Assembly (NCBI GenBank): GCA_965198235.1
Contig: OZ240248.1
Span: forward strand, 1,472,001-1,536,000
Source: Candidatus Poribacteria bacterium
GTDB taxonomy: Bacteria; Poribacteria; WGA-4E; WGA-3G
DNA length: 64,000 nt
Direction of reading: 5' to 3'
In this document: one piece after another, positions 1 through 8,018 of the stretch
Numbering within the stretch: position 1 is the first letter of the stretch
Layout: every line of letters starts with the position of its first letter
The notes under the pieces: model-generated
Database searches by the model: none
Told to the model about the DNA's origin: nothing
Seen by the model: the letters and a program-made list of their open reading frames with translations, nothing else
Translations under genes and position numbers: made by a program

Positions 1-87
1 AATAGTGTTATCAATAAAGCCAAGTTGTACTTCAAAGATCCGAAAAGATATAACCAAGCGATTCGGGAAGCCATAGAGGATGGATAA
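1..87 (+). CDS. 3' end of an unidentified ORF entering from outside the window
   Basis: Frame 1 is open from base 1 (NSVINKAKLYFKDPKRYNQAIREAIEDG*) to TAA at 85-87; too short to identify. Confidence 0.3.
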   Translation, partial: NSVINKAKLYFKDPKRYNQAIREAIEDG

Positions 88-437
88 CAATGATGCATAA
101 AGCATGACCAGTCGATTCTCATCTTGGTTATTATAACGCAGGTTGCCATCTTTGTAGCATAATCTTTTAGATTGTGCCTGCGTGTGTCGCAAATTAAATG
201 AAGTTTAAAAAAATATTTCGGTAATCATAGAAGACCGATTCCCAATCAAGAAACGTCTGTAATCCTGTAAATCACAGAATCACAGAAATCACAGTTCAGA
301 CAATGGACCCTCCACATTACCGAATTAAAAAATTAATCTTCATACAGTTTACGCTACAAAACCCCGCGGATACCCAACGGCTTTCAATAAACCGAAGACC
401 GGCTACCATTCCTCAACTTTGAAGAGCTGTTCTATTT

Positions 438-2303
438 TCACGTAAACAGTGGAAATTCGAGTTGTTGTGGTTCTGTCTGTGTAGGCTTCGGTTGCCGGAT
501 CTGTTCTGTTTCAGTTTTAGGCACGGTGTATGTTTCCGGTTTTTGCATCGGTTTCGGATAGGAGCCTGTATCTTTTCTATATCCATACCTATATCCATCG
601 CGATGTCTGAAGCGTCTTAATTGGCTGAGGTTACCTGATTCACGTTTGTCTTTTGTATCTTTATAAAAATTATTTACACGGCATTCTTGCGGTTTCCCTG
701 GAGGGGTCTTCTCAAAGCAGTTAATTACACCTTCTACGCGCCCGCTCTTCTTTGTTAGATAGACATGGTCGCCTCTGTGAAAACCGTTAATGTGAGATGC
801 TTTGAAAATTTTCTGACGGAACCCTGGAAATTTTCCGCCTTTGGTACACCCAAAGCGATATTTGAGGTTATTCCGGCTTCCGTAGCCAAGGGCATGTATC
901 ACAAATACAGGGACTTTCGCACAGGCTTCTTGTGGTGTGTTTTCAACGGCGGCTGCATCATAATAATGTGTCTTCGGCAGCCCAGCACTGTTACGGTTGT
1001 AGGCTGTCCGTCCTCCAGAACCACAAAATACAGGGAGTTGTGTCGCCTGTAGGGTCTCTACAAGTTTCCACCGAATCGTATTCACTGCCGCCGCGTCTGA
1101 TAACGAGAATCCGCGCTTTGATTTTGATAATACCGTCTTTTTTATTTTCTTTGCAATCTCTGGATGCCGCTTTTCTAATTCTTTACCCCAAAGTCCACCC
1201 TTTTTCTGGTTACACGTGTGACATGCCATCGTGAGGTTGTCGAGCCTGTCTGAACCGCCAAGGGCTTGTGGATAAATGTGTTCTATCTCTAAACGCTGCC
1301 CACCTTTGCCACAATAAGCACATTTTCGCTTCGTTAATTCCAATAAATACTCTCTCTTTTCACGTCTATATAAGGGCCCCCGTTGATATTCAATACCGTG
1401 AATATCGGGGTTCTCTAACAGTTGCATATCAAACTTGACTTCCTCAATAGCTAGACGTTTTATCGAATAGAGATTTGTCAATCTGCGTGTCCATGTTTCT
1501 AAGTTGAATACACGAGACATAAGACTCGGTGCAATCCAGCCGTTATCAGCACGTTTTTTGTGTCCAATACGCTCACGTTTCCAACGATACTTCGTGGGTG
1601 GCGTATTCTTCAACTTTGCTTTCAGGGCACTTCGTAAGAACCCTAACGTTTTCGACATCAGGGCATCGCGTTCCGCTTTTTTATCACGCATCATGATATG
1701 GTGAATCAGCTCGTCTCTTGTAAGACGTGCGACCTCTGCGTTCGTCATCTCAGGCATGAATTCTTTACGGGTACGGGATTTGATACGAGTATAACGATAC
1801 CGCTTGTCTTTCAATTGCGCAGACGACACTCTCACAAACTTGTTCTTCGTTTTTGACGAGTCTTTCGATAGATCGGACTCGTCTTCAGCACGTCTGTACC
1901 TCCATCCTTCAGTTTCCGTGAGAACAGGCACTTTACGTCCACGATTCGCCCAGCGCGCTGGCCGGTGTCGTAAATTTCGGGTTCTCCGCCCACGACGAAA
2001 GCCCGCTCTCTCTTTCAAAGCCTTCTTTATCTGGATCCCCCGATGATGAAGTTCTGCCTTCATGACAATGTTGTTCTCATTGTCTAAAATCGCAATCCCT
2101 GATGTTCGGGAACCTGGGTCCCAATTTAGAGAATAAACACCCGTTACGATCTCGTCCTCTGGTATCACGCGCTTGAGGATAATTGCAAACGGATATTTGC
2201 ACCATACTGCCGCCTCCCCATCACGAAGCAAACGACGGGCAACTGCGGGATGGCAGGGTTCCAAGACTTTCTTTTCAGAATCTATAACCGCAACTTTAAA
2301 CAT
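438..2303 (-). CDS. iscB: IscB RNA-guided endonuclease (RRXRR/PLMP-like N-terminus, split RuvC, HNH), large variant with an insertion after the bridge helix
   Basis: N-terminal VLEPCHPAVARRLL (PLMP-like); RuvC-I WDPGSRTSGIAI (D62); Arg-rich bridge helix RAGFRRGRRTRNLRHRPARWANR; GWIAPSL; RuvC-II IEEVKFD (E287); HNH CAYCG..EHIYPQALGGSDRLDNLTMACHTCNQKKG (H342); RuvC-III KTHYYDA (H446/D449). Confidence 0.95.
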   Translation of the reverse strand: MFKVAVIDSEKKVLEPCHPAVARRLLRDGEAAVWCKYPFAIILKRVIPEDEIVTGVYSLNWDPGSRTSGIAILDNENNIVMKAELHHRGIQIKKALKERAGFRRGRRTRNLRHRPARWANRGRKVPVLTETEGWRYRRAEDESDLSKDSSKTKNKFVRVSSAQLKDKRYRYTRIKSRTRKEFMPEMTNAEVARLTRDELIHHIMMRDKKAERDALMSKTLGFLRSALKAKLKNTPPTKYRWKRERIGHKKRADNGWIAPSLMSRVFNLETWTRRLTNLYSIKRLAIEEVKFDMQLLENPDIHGIEYQRGPLYRREKREYLLELTKRKCAYCGKGGQRLEIEHIYPQALGGSDRLDNLTMACHTCNQKKGGLWGKELEKRHPEIAKKIKKTVLSKSKRGFSLSDAAAVNTIRWKLVETLQATQLPVFCGSGGRTAYNRNSAGLPKTHYYDAAAVENTPQEACAKVPVFVIHALGYGSRNNLKYRFGCTKGGKFPGFRQKIFKASHINGFHRGDHVYLTKKSGRVEGVINCFEKTPPGKPQECRVNNFYKDTKDKRESGNLSQLRRFRHRDGYRYGYRKDTGSYPKPMQKPETYTVPKTETEQIRQPKPTQTEPQQLEFPLFT

Positions 2304-2328
2304 AAATGTTCTCTCAATAAGGTATAAT

Positions 2329-2542
2329 TCTTCTACTAAAAGCAGAAGATATTGACCTTTAGAGGTAAAGTGAGCCTCGTCAATGTTATCCGTGCTTTAT
2401 TCAGGGTTGACAGCGTATTGTAAAGCCATTTACATTGCACCCGACAGAGCTTTAGGCTGGCGTCATGCACCCAAAGGTGTCTATATCACCGGTAACGTAG
2501 TTGAAAACTTAGACTAGATACCACTTGAGCATGGAGTTGCAA
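2329..2542 (-). ncRNA. omegaRNA/HEARO-like scaffold with a 5' anti-repeat (tracrRNA-like)
   Basis: Minus strand reads ...TAGTCTAAG..AACTACGTTA..GACACCTTTGGGTGC..GCCAGCCTAAAGCTCTGTC..AACATTGACGAGGCTCACTTTACC, the motif order typical of HEARO/omegaRNA upstream of iscB. Visible pairings: GACA/TGTC, CTTTGGG/CCTAAAG, pseudoknot AGTCT/AGGCT, and 3' hairpins. Exact ends uncertain. Confidence 0.85.
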
Positions 2543-2636
2543 ATTTGCCGTCAATCTCCCGGTGAATTCACACTATCGGAGGTCGACAGCAAAATTCTTA
2601 AGAGGATTGCCGGTGACACCTACATTCTTGCATAGC

Positions 2637-3210
2637 GTTGCAACGCAAACATGCCCAAGCGATAACTGCATCTCGATGTGATAGTCGCGCCCGACATCAG
2701 AGTTGCAACGCAAACATGCCCAAGCGATAACTCACAACGATGTAGATCGCTTTCTTCGGCTGATAGGGTTCCAACGCAAACATGCCCAAGCGATAACTGA
2801 CGATATGATTAGACAAACTGGCAATGTAATCACGTTCCAACGCAAACATGCCCAAGCGATAACTCTTTCTCTGGATCGTATTGGGAATCGAGGTACGTAG
2901 GTTGCAGTTCAAACAGGCCCATAGGTGTCAATTTTAGAAAATATATCCGTCTTTTATGGGACTTGCGTGCTATATCTTGTCTGAATCACGGATGACACGG
3001 ATTTCGCAGATTTCGCAGATTTTGGAGTTCTCTGTCCGTGCGAGGTCTTTAGTAAGTGTTGGGTTTCACTGAGTATGTCTGTGATGGCAAGTATATGAAC
3101 GGTGGCTTAGTTTTCTATGAGTTGAAAGCATTTGTGGTTATCCGTTCAACCCAACCTACGATACTAAATTGACACCTATGGTTGCAACGCAAACATGCCC
3201 AAGCGATAAC
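2637..3210 (-). CRISPR. CRISPR array; repeat (minus strand) GTTATCGCTTGGGCATGTTTGCGTTG(C/G)AAC, 5 full repeats plus 1 degenerate partial repeat, 4 unique spacers
   Basis: 30-bp repeats at 2637-2666, 2702-2731, 2768-2797, 2834-2863 and 3181-3210; degenerate partial repeat at 2901-2921; unique spacers of 35, 36, 36 and 37 bp. Orientation inferred from G-U-compatible pairing with the anti-repeat. Confidence 0.93.
2919..3181. mobile_element. MITE/REP-composite non-autonomous element inserted in the CRISPR array
   Basis: Terminal inverted repeats CCATAGGTGTCAATTT (2919-2934) and AAATTGACACCTATGG (3166-3181); internal GTAGGTTGGGTTGAACGG...GTGAAACCCAACACT is shared with the copy at ~63673-63806. 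Confidence 0.75.
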
Positions 3211-3290
3211 GAGCGTAGGGGGCAAGGCTGGTTCTATAATGGACACTACACATCACCGTATTTGTGAAAGCAGTTGAGACCTCCCAAATC
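3211..3290 (-). promoter_or_regulatory. Putative CRISPR leader
   Basis: Non-repeat sequence between the outermost repeat and the stop of the upstream acetamidase gene, on the 5' side for minus-strand transcription; no clear consensus promoter. Confidence 0.4.
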
Positions 3291-3294
3291 CAAG

Positions 3295-4224
3295 CTACCC
3301 CCAAACGCCGATGTCCTGTAATATCGACTTTTTGATTTTGCAGACCATCGTATACGCCGGATCGAAGACGTTCCCCATATCGTATTCTACCGCTTGCCCT
3401 AAAAGGATGTGTGCGGCACGTTTTTCTAAACCGAGTTCACCCAACCACCGAAGAAGTTCCGTCGTGGCGTGTTGCACCGCTTGATCCAACGGACGTGCAT
3501 TTCCCGCTGCTAAAATATAATCGCTGTTTTCCGCACGGGGCCAGTTGATGCTTTTTCCTTTAAGCACTTCAACCGTAAACTGCACATCGAAAGAGATTTC
3601 GATCCCAGTCCCGACGATTTCGCCATCACCCTGCACGGCGTGTCCATCACCGAGATGAAAGAGCCCACCGGGGACGAAAACCGGGAAGTAGACGGTAACA
3701 CCCTCCTTGAAACCGCGATAATCCATGTTTCCGCCGTGTGTAGAGGAAGTCGCCGTTGAAATCGCTTGTCCTCGCGGCGGTGCCACCCCGAAACATCCCA
3801 CCATCGGTTCAAGCGGCAGCGTGAGTTTACCCAACTGCGTCACTGAGGTCATCAATGTCGCCGTCCATTTTTCCACATCGACATGCCACTCTGCGAGACC
3901 ACGACCACCTTCCGGCATCTCGGACGCTACATAGTCGGGATCGAGGACATTGGGAGCAACGGTCATAGCCGTCCGTCCGATCGAGCGATTCGGAACTATC
4001 CGATCGAAATGAACTGCTAACGTATCCCCGGGTTCTGCCGATTCAATATAAAAAGGACCTGTTTGTGGGTTGCCTCTTTCAGTTACCTGTGTATCGTTGG
4101 CATCGTAGCCCGCGTTATCCACGGTTGTTGTGAAAACGGTGTCGCCGCTTTCAATATGGAGCACCGGTTCGTGCGCGCCAATTGCTGTATAATAGACCGT
4201 CGGTTCAAAGTGATGTGTCGCCAT
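3295..4224 (-). CDS. Acetamidase/formamidase family protein
   Basis: NPQTGPFYIESAEPGDTL, HGGNMD and LGDGHAVQGDGEI motifs. Confidence 0.9.
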   Translation of the reverse strand: MATHHFEPTVYYTAIGAHEPVLHIESGDTVFTTTVDNAGYDANDTQVTERGNPQTGPFYIESAEPGDTLAVHFDRIVPNRSIGRTAMTVAPNVLDPDYVASEMPEGGRGLAEWHVDVEKWTATLMTSVTQLGKLTLPLEPMVGCFGVAPPRGQAISTATSSTHGGNMDYRGFKEGVTVYFPVFVPGGLFHLGDGHAVQGDGEIVGTGIEISFDVQFTVEVLKGKSINWPRAENSDYILAAGNARPLDQAVQHATTELLRWLGELGLEKRAAHILLGQAVEYDMGNVFDPAYTMVCKIKKSILQDIGVWG

Positions 4225-4312
4225 TTTTTAATTTTTCCTTGCGGTTCGTTCAGGTGGATTGGATAAATAACGTTACCCGCCGTATATCCGCCTGCGCCGT
4301 TGTTGCAGGCTA
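4225..4312 (-). repeat. Dispersed repeat family A (...GATATACGG...GAACCGCAAGGAAAATTAAAAA), directly before the acetamidase ATG
   Basis: Homologous to units at 15448-15718, 17379-17789, 26394-26490, 28669-28760 and 29500-29570. Confidence 0.7.
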
Positions 4313-4736
4313 CAATTTTGCTTTATTTTTTCCAAGATAAAAGAAACGTCAAAATTCCGAAGCATCGTTGAGACTTAAACAGAAACCTGCCCGTAATGGA
4401 ATGGAGGGGTTTTTGCTTGGGTGTTTCTTTGCCCAGGAGCAATAAATTAAAAAGCAATGTGAATAATATATCACGTTCGAGAGGCATCGTCAAGATAAGA
4501 ACATTAACCCATACGACGATTGGATATTGAGCGGTTTTCATAGTCGGGTTCCCTAAAATCCGCGAAATCTGTGTAATCCGTATAATCCGCGATTCAGACA
4601 ATTAACACCCGACACGAGCCACTTAATCCTTAAATTTCATGTAATCATGCCGACTTTGCTGACTGCTGATGGAAACCGACAGCCAATTACTGATAACTGA
4701 TAATCGGATACCTCTACAGGTCTCCCGAAAAATGAT

Positions 4737-4765
4737 TTGACATCCCTAAACCCTTGTGTTAAACT
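4737..4765 (+). promoter_or_regulatory. Sigma70-type promoter
   Basis: TTGACA-17 nt-TAAACT upstream of the protease RBS (GAAGGAG) and ATG at 4798. Confidence 0.55.
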
Positions 4766-4797
4766 CTTTAAAAATTCAAAGTCGAAGAAGGAGCATC

Positions 4798-6258
4798 ATG
4801 AAACAAACCTTTAAAAATGTAATAAAAAACCGAACAAGTAGGACAGTCTTAACTATTTTTTTATTTCTTATTTTCGTTGTAAACGCCAATGCCGCACACA
4901 ACTGGACAGAACAAATTGCCGCCTTCAAACCGATGGTGGTGAATGTCGAAACCTCCTCTGAGATAGTCTTTGAGACAGAGGCAAAAGGCACGAGTTTCGC
5001 TACTGGTTTTGTTGTAGACGCAGAACGTGGAATTATCGCCACAAACCGACATGTCACCGGTAGCAGTCCCGCCTATGTCAAAATCAACTTTCACGATGGT
5101 AGTTTTACGGAAGCGCGTATCCTTTACTACGATCCAACCCACGACTTCGGGTTTTATCAGATTGATCCCACTGAGGTTGATTTTGAACTCCAAGCCGTTG
5201 AACTCGGTGAATGGAGCGAACTTGCCCTCGGTGATGAGCTTCTACTCATCGGCAACAACGAGAAAGAGGAGTATTCAATCAAATTCGGGACGATCGCGAA
5301 CCTCAACGTCAACAAAGGCGACCGTCACTCCAGTTATATCCACACCACATTCGACCGGACGGGTGGCTCAAGCGGGAGTCCTGTGTGGAATACCAAAGGT
5401 GAGGTCATCGCTATTCACGCACGCGGCACGGATACTTCCAGTTTTGAACTGCCGATTGATTACCTCTACGATGCCCTTGAATTGATTCGCAACAAAACGT
5501 CAATCCAGCGCGGCGAGATCGGTGTTGATTTAGAACTTATCTCTATTGGAGAAGCCATCAAACACTTCAATTTCCCAACTGCTTTACGAAAAGAGATAGG
5601 TCCCTCCAAAGCTGGAACGCCCAAGGTTATTCAGATTGAATCCATTGTCCCGCGGACAACAGGCGAGACCATCCTCCGCGCATCCGATATTATCTATCGT
5701 ATTGATAATGAGCTTATCAGGGATGACCTCTATACCTTTGATGCTATCCTGAACCGGAATGTCGGAGAGAGCGTCAACTTGGAAATCTACCGGAACGGCG
5801 AGAACCTGAAACTTGATGTGCCTGTGGAGGCCTTAGAGGCGAAGAAGGTGCGGCGATTCGTCAGATTCGGCGGGGCTGTCTTTCACGATATTACGCCGCA
5901 GCTCCGACGGATACTCTTCTTAGAAGCCGATGGTGTCTATTTACCGCACGCCGCTGCGGGCAGTAGCTTCTCACGTGTCGGTTTACAGGAGCGGAACGGG
6001 AACTCTAAGGTAGTGATTCTTGATATAAACGGAAAACAGATTCGCAACCTCGATGATTTCATTGAGGCGTGCAAAACCATTATTGATGGACAGCACACCT
6101 ACGTTGTCGTCCGAGATTTCAATCTGTTCGATAGTTCGCCGACCCCGAAAAGTTTGACGGTCAACCTCAAATTTGGTCCATTGCAGCAGTTTGAATGGAA
6201 TCAAGAGGCATTGGATTGGGAAGAGGTGGTTGCTGATGGCTATTCTACTGAAAATTGA
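4798..6258 (+). CDS. Secreted trypsin-like serine protease with PDZ domains (HtrA/Nma111-like)
   Basis: Signal peptide; ATGFVVDAERGIIATNRHV (His), YDPTHDFGF (Asp), GGSSGSPV (Ser); PDZ-like C-terminal half; start moved to the ATG with RBS. Confidence 0.88.
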   Translation: MKQTFKNVIKNRTSRTVLTIFLFLIFVVNANAAHNWTEQIAAFKPMVVNVETSSEIVFETEAKGTSFATGFVVDAERGIIATNRHVTGSSPAYVKINFHDGSFTEARILYYDPTHDFGFYQIDPTEVDFELQAVELGEWSELALGDELLLIGNNEKEEYSIKFGTIANLNVNKGDRHSSYIHTTFDRTGGSSGSPVWNTKGEVIAIHARGTDTSSFELPIDYLYDALELIRNKTSIQRGEIGVDLELISIGEAIKHFNFPTALRKEIGPSKAGTPKVIQIESIVPRTTGETILRASDIIYRIDNELIRDDLYTFDAILNRNVGESVNLEIYRNGENLKLDVPVEALEAKKVRRFVRFGGAVFHDITPQLRRILFLEADGVYLPHAAAGSSFSRVGLQERNGNSKVVILDINGKQIRNLDDFIEACKTIIDGQHTYVVVRDFNLFDSSPTPKSLTVNLKFGPLQQFEWNQEALDWEEVVADGYSTEN

Positions 6259-7081
6259 TAGCCACTCCAATGAAATCAGATGCGGAATGCTTCTCGAAAA
6301 TTCGGGCATAATTGGCGTGAATCCCTTTCCACGTAATACCTATTCCACCTGTTAGTGCCCCATTTGAGATACCGAGACGGATAGGGAGTATCGGGAAAGG
6401 ATGCCATTCCGCGCCGGTGTATAATTCTGGAGTCCTGCCTTCGGTAGAAAGGGCGAAATCAACTGAAAATTCGCAGGGCGTGCTTTGCAACCAGTGATCC
6501 GCGTAACGATAGGAGATACCGAGTGTCAACCATTGGATGCCATAACCTTCCAGATTCTGCGCGAGGCACCCGAACTTGAGATTCGGACGTGGTTTGAAAA
6601 GCAAACCGAGATCATACGACATCTCGTAGCCGAAGAATTGATAGACATCGGATGGGTGTCTTCGTTTAAACTTGAGACTTAATCCCGCGGCGGCATACGG
6701 ACCGAGTTGACGCGCAATGCCATAATAATTGAAATCGGGAACACCGCTGTCGACACCGATAGCGATTTTGTTTCCCCAAAATAGACTGTAATCGCGGTAA
6801 CTATAAGCGATACCCTTCGGGTCGAATCGGTAATCGCTTCGGTCGTGAAGCTTGTTGACTGCAAAGAGTTTCACACCCTGCCACTGAATGAGTCCCGCTG
6901 GGTTCCAAAAGCCTGCACTGGCATCGTCGGCGACAGCAGTAAAGGCATTGCCCATCCCTAATGCACGCGCACCGACATAGAGCGGTCGCGCCGATTCAAA
7001 GGGTCTTTTATCAGGGGATGTCTCCGCACATACTGGGACTATCAACCAGAGAAGACATAGAGTAGCGTAGGTCGTTTTCAT
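6245..7081 (-). CDS. PorV/PorQ (UPF0164)-like outer-membrane beta-barrel protein
   Basis: Signal peptide, GARALGMGNAFTAVADDASAGFWNPAGL motif, amphipathic beta strands, aromatic residue near the C-terminus. Confidence 0.7.
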   Translation of the reverse strand: MKTTYATLCLLWLIVPVCAETSPDKRPFESARPLYVGARALGMGNAFTAVADDASAGFWNPAGLIQWQGVKLFAVNKLHDRSDYRFDPKGIAYSYRDYSLFWGNKIAIGVDSGVPDFNYYGIARQLGPYAAAGLSLKFKRRHPSDVYQFFGYEMSYDLGLLFKPRPNLKFGCLAQNLEGYGIQWLTLGISYRYADHWLQSTPCEFSVDFALSTEGRTPELYTGAEWHPFPILPIRLGISNGALTGGIGITWKGIHANYARIFEKHSASDFIGVAINFQ

Positions 7082-7221
7082 TCTGGGTAATTTAGCATGA
7101 AATACGCAATATCGCAAGGGAATGGTATCGGTTTTGATCCCAACTCGGCTCCAATACAAAGCTTAAAAGCACGAGTTGCGGGTCAAAATTTGCCTTGCAG
7201 TAAGAGTTAACAGAGAAACAA

Positions 7222-7315
7222 TCTTAAAACCGTACATGTCCCCAACTCGGTCGCGATTCACCGAAAACCATCGTGGAACGTAGTGGAACGATGCCCAGGA
7301 GCCTAATAGTTAAAG
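7222..7315 (+). repeat. Dispersed repeat family B (CTTAAAACCGTACATG...ACCGAAAACC...GCCCAGGAG..ATAGTTAAA)
   Basis: Homologous copies at ~16228-16355, ~49741-49882, ~62408-62468 and ~37505-37560 (minus). Confidence 0.7.
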
Positions 7316-7319
7316 AAAA

Positions 7320-8018
7320 ATGAACACGCCACCCGGCACGCTTTACCTCGTTAGCACACCAATCGGAAATTTAGAAGATATTACCTTGCGCGCACTACGT
7401 ATCCTCAAAGAGGTGGACCTCGTCGCCGCTGAGGATACCCGTCAAACACGTCGACTGCTAACGCATTACAATATTCGAACACCGCTCACAAGTTACTTTG
7501 AGGCTAACCAGCAGGTGAAAGGAGACAAACTGATCGAACGTCTGAAGGCAGGTGAGACAATCGCGCTCGTTTCAGATGCTGGCACGCCGATCATTTCTGA
7601 TCCGGGGTATCCGCTCTTACGCGGATGCATCGAGGCAGAAATTCCAATCATTCCTATTCCTGGGGCATCGGCGGTCGTCACAGCGGCATCCATCTCCGGG
7701 CTACCCCTACATAACTTTACTTTTGAAGGTTTCCTCTCTCCAAAATCTGGGAAAAGAAAACGTCAGTTGCGTGTACTCGCTGATGAAGAAAGAACGTTAA
7801 TTCTCTTTGAATCCCCGCATCGGCTCCGACGTTTCCTTGAAGATGTCCTTGAAGTGATGGGTGAACGGGACATTGTCATCGCACGCGAGTTGACAAAACG
7901 GTTTGAAGAGGTATTTCGTGGGAATGTTAGTAAAGCGCTGGAGAAATTCCGAAATACCGAGCCGCGAGGGGAATTTACCATTGTTATTTCCGGCGTAAGG
8001 AGAAAAGATGACAACTGA
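7320..8018 (+). CDS. rsmI: 16S rRNA (cytidine(1402)-2'-O)-methyltransferase
   Basis: LYLVSTPIGNLEDITLRAL, AAEDTR, VSDAGTPIISDPG, FESPHR, ARELTK..EE. Confidence 0.95.
   Translation: MNTPPGTLYLVSTPIGNLEDITLRALRILKEVDLVAAEDTRQTRRLLTHYNIRTPLTSYFEANQQVKGDKLIERLKAGETIALVSDAGTPIISDPGYPLLRGCIEAEIPIIPIPGASAVVTAASISGLPLHNFTFEGFLSPKSGKRKRQLRVLADEERTLILFESPHRLRRFLEDVLEVMGERDIVIARELTKRFEEVFRGNVSKALEKFRNTEPRGEFTIVISGVRRKDDN

Noticed and set aside
88-437. IS200/IS605 transposon end or tnpA next to iscB
   Set aside because: Only generic REP/MITE-like inverted repeats are visible; no Y1 transposase ORF or convincing end hairpin
438-2303. Calling the nuclease Cas9 or a plain HNH endonuclease
   Set aside because: It keeps the IscB-specific PLMP-like N-terminus and an omegaRNA scaffold, is only 621 aa, and has split RuvC as well as HNH
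2667-2900. Self-targeting spacers
   Set aside because: No match to the spacers was seen by eye in this window; a proper search is needed
2697-2912. Short ORFs with repeated peptides (SYRLGMFAL / QRKHAQAIT)
   Set aside because: They are translations of the CRISPR repeats
4410-4427. Similarity of the dispersed TTTTGCTTGGGTGTTTC motif to the CRISPR repeat core GCTTGGGCATGTTT
   Set aside because: Only ~12 nt with a gap; cannot be distinguished from chance
4323-4601. 92-aa ORF
   Set aside because: Built largely from dispersed repeat sequence; no protein-family signal
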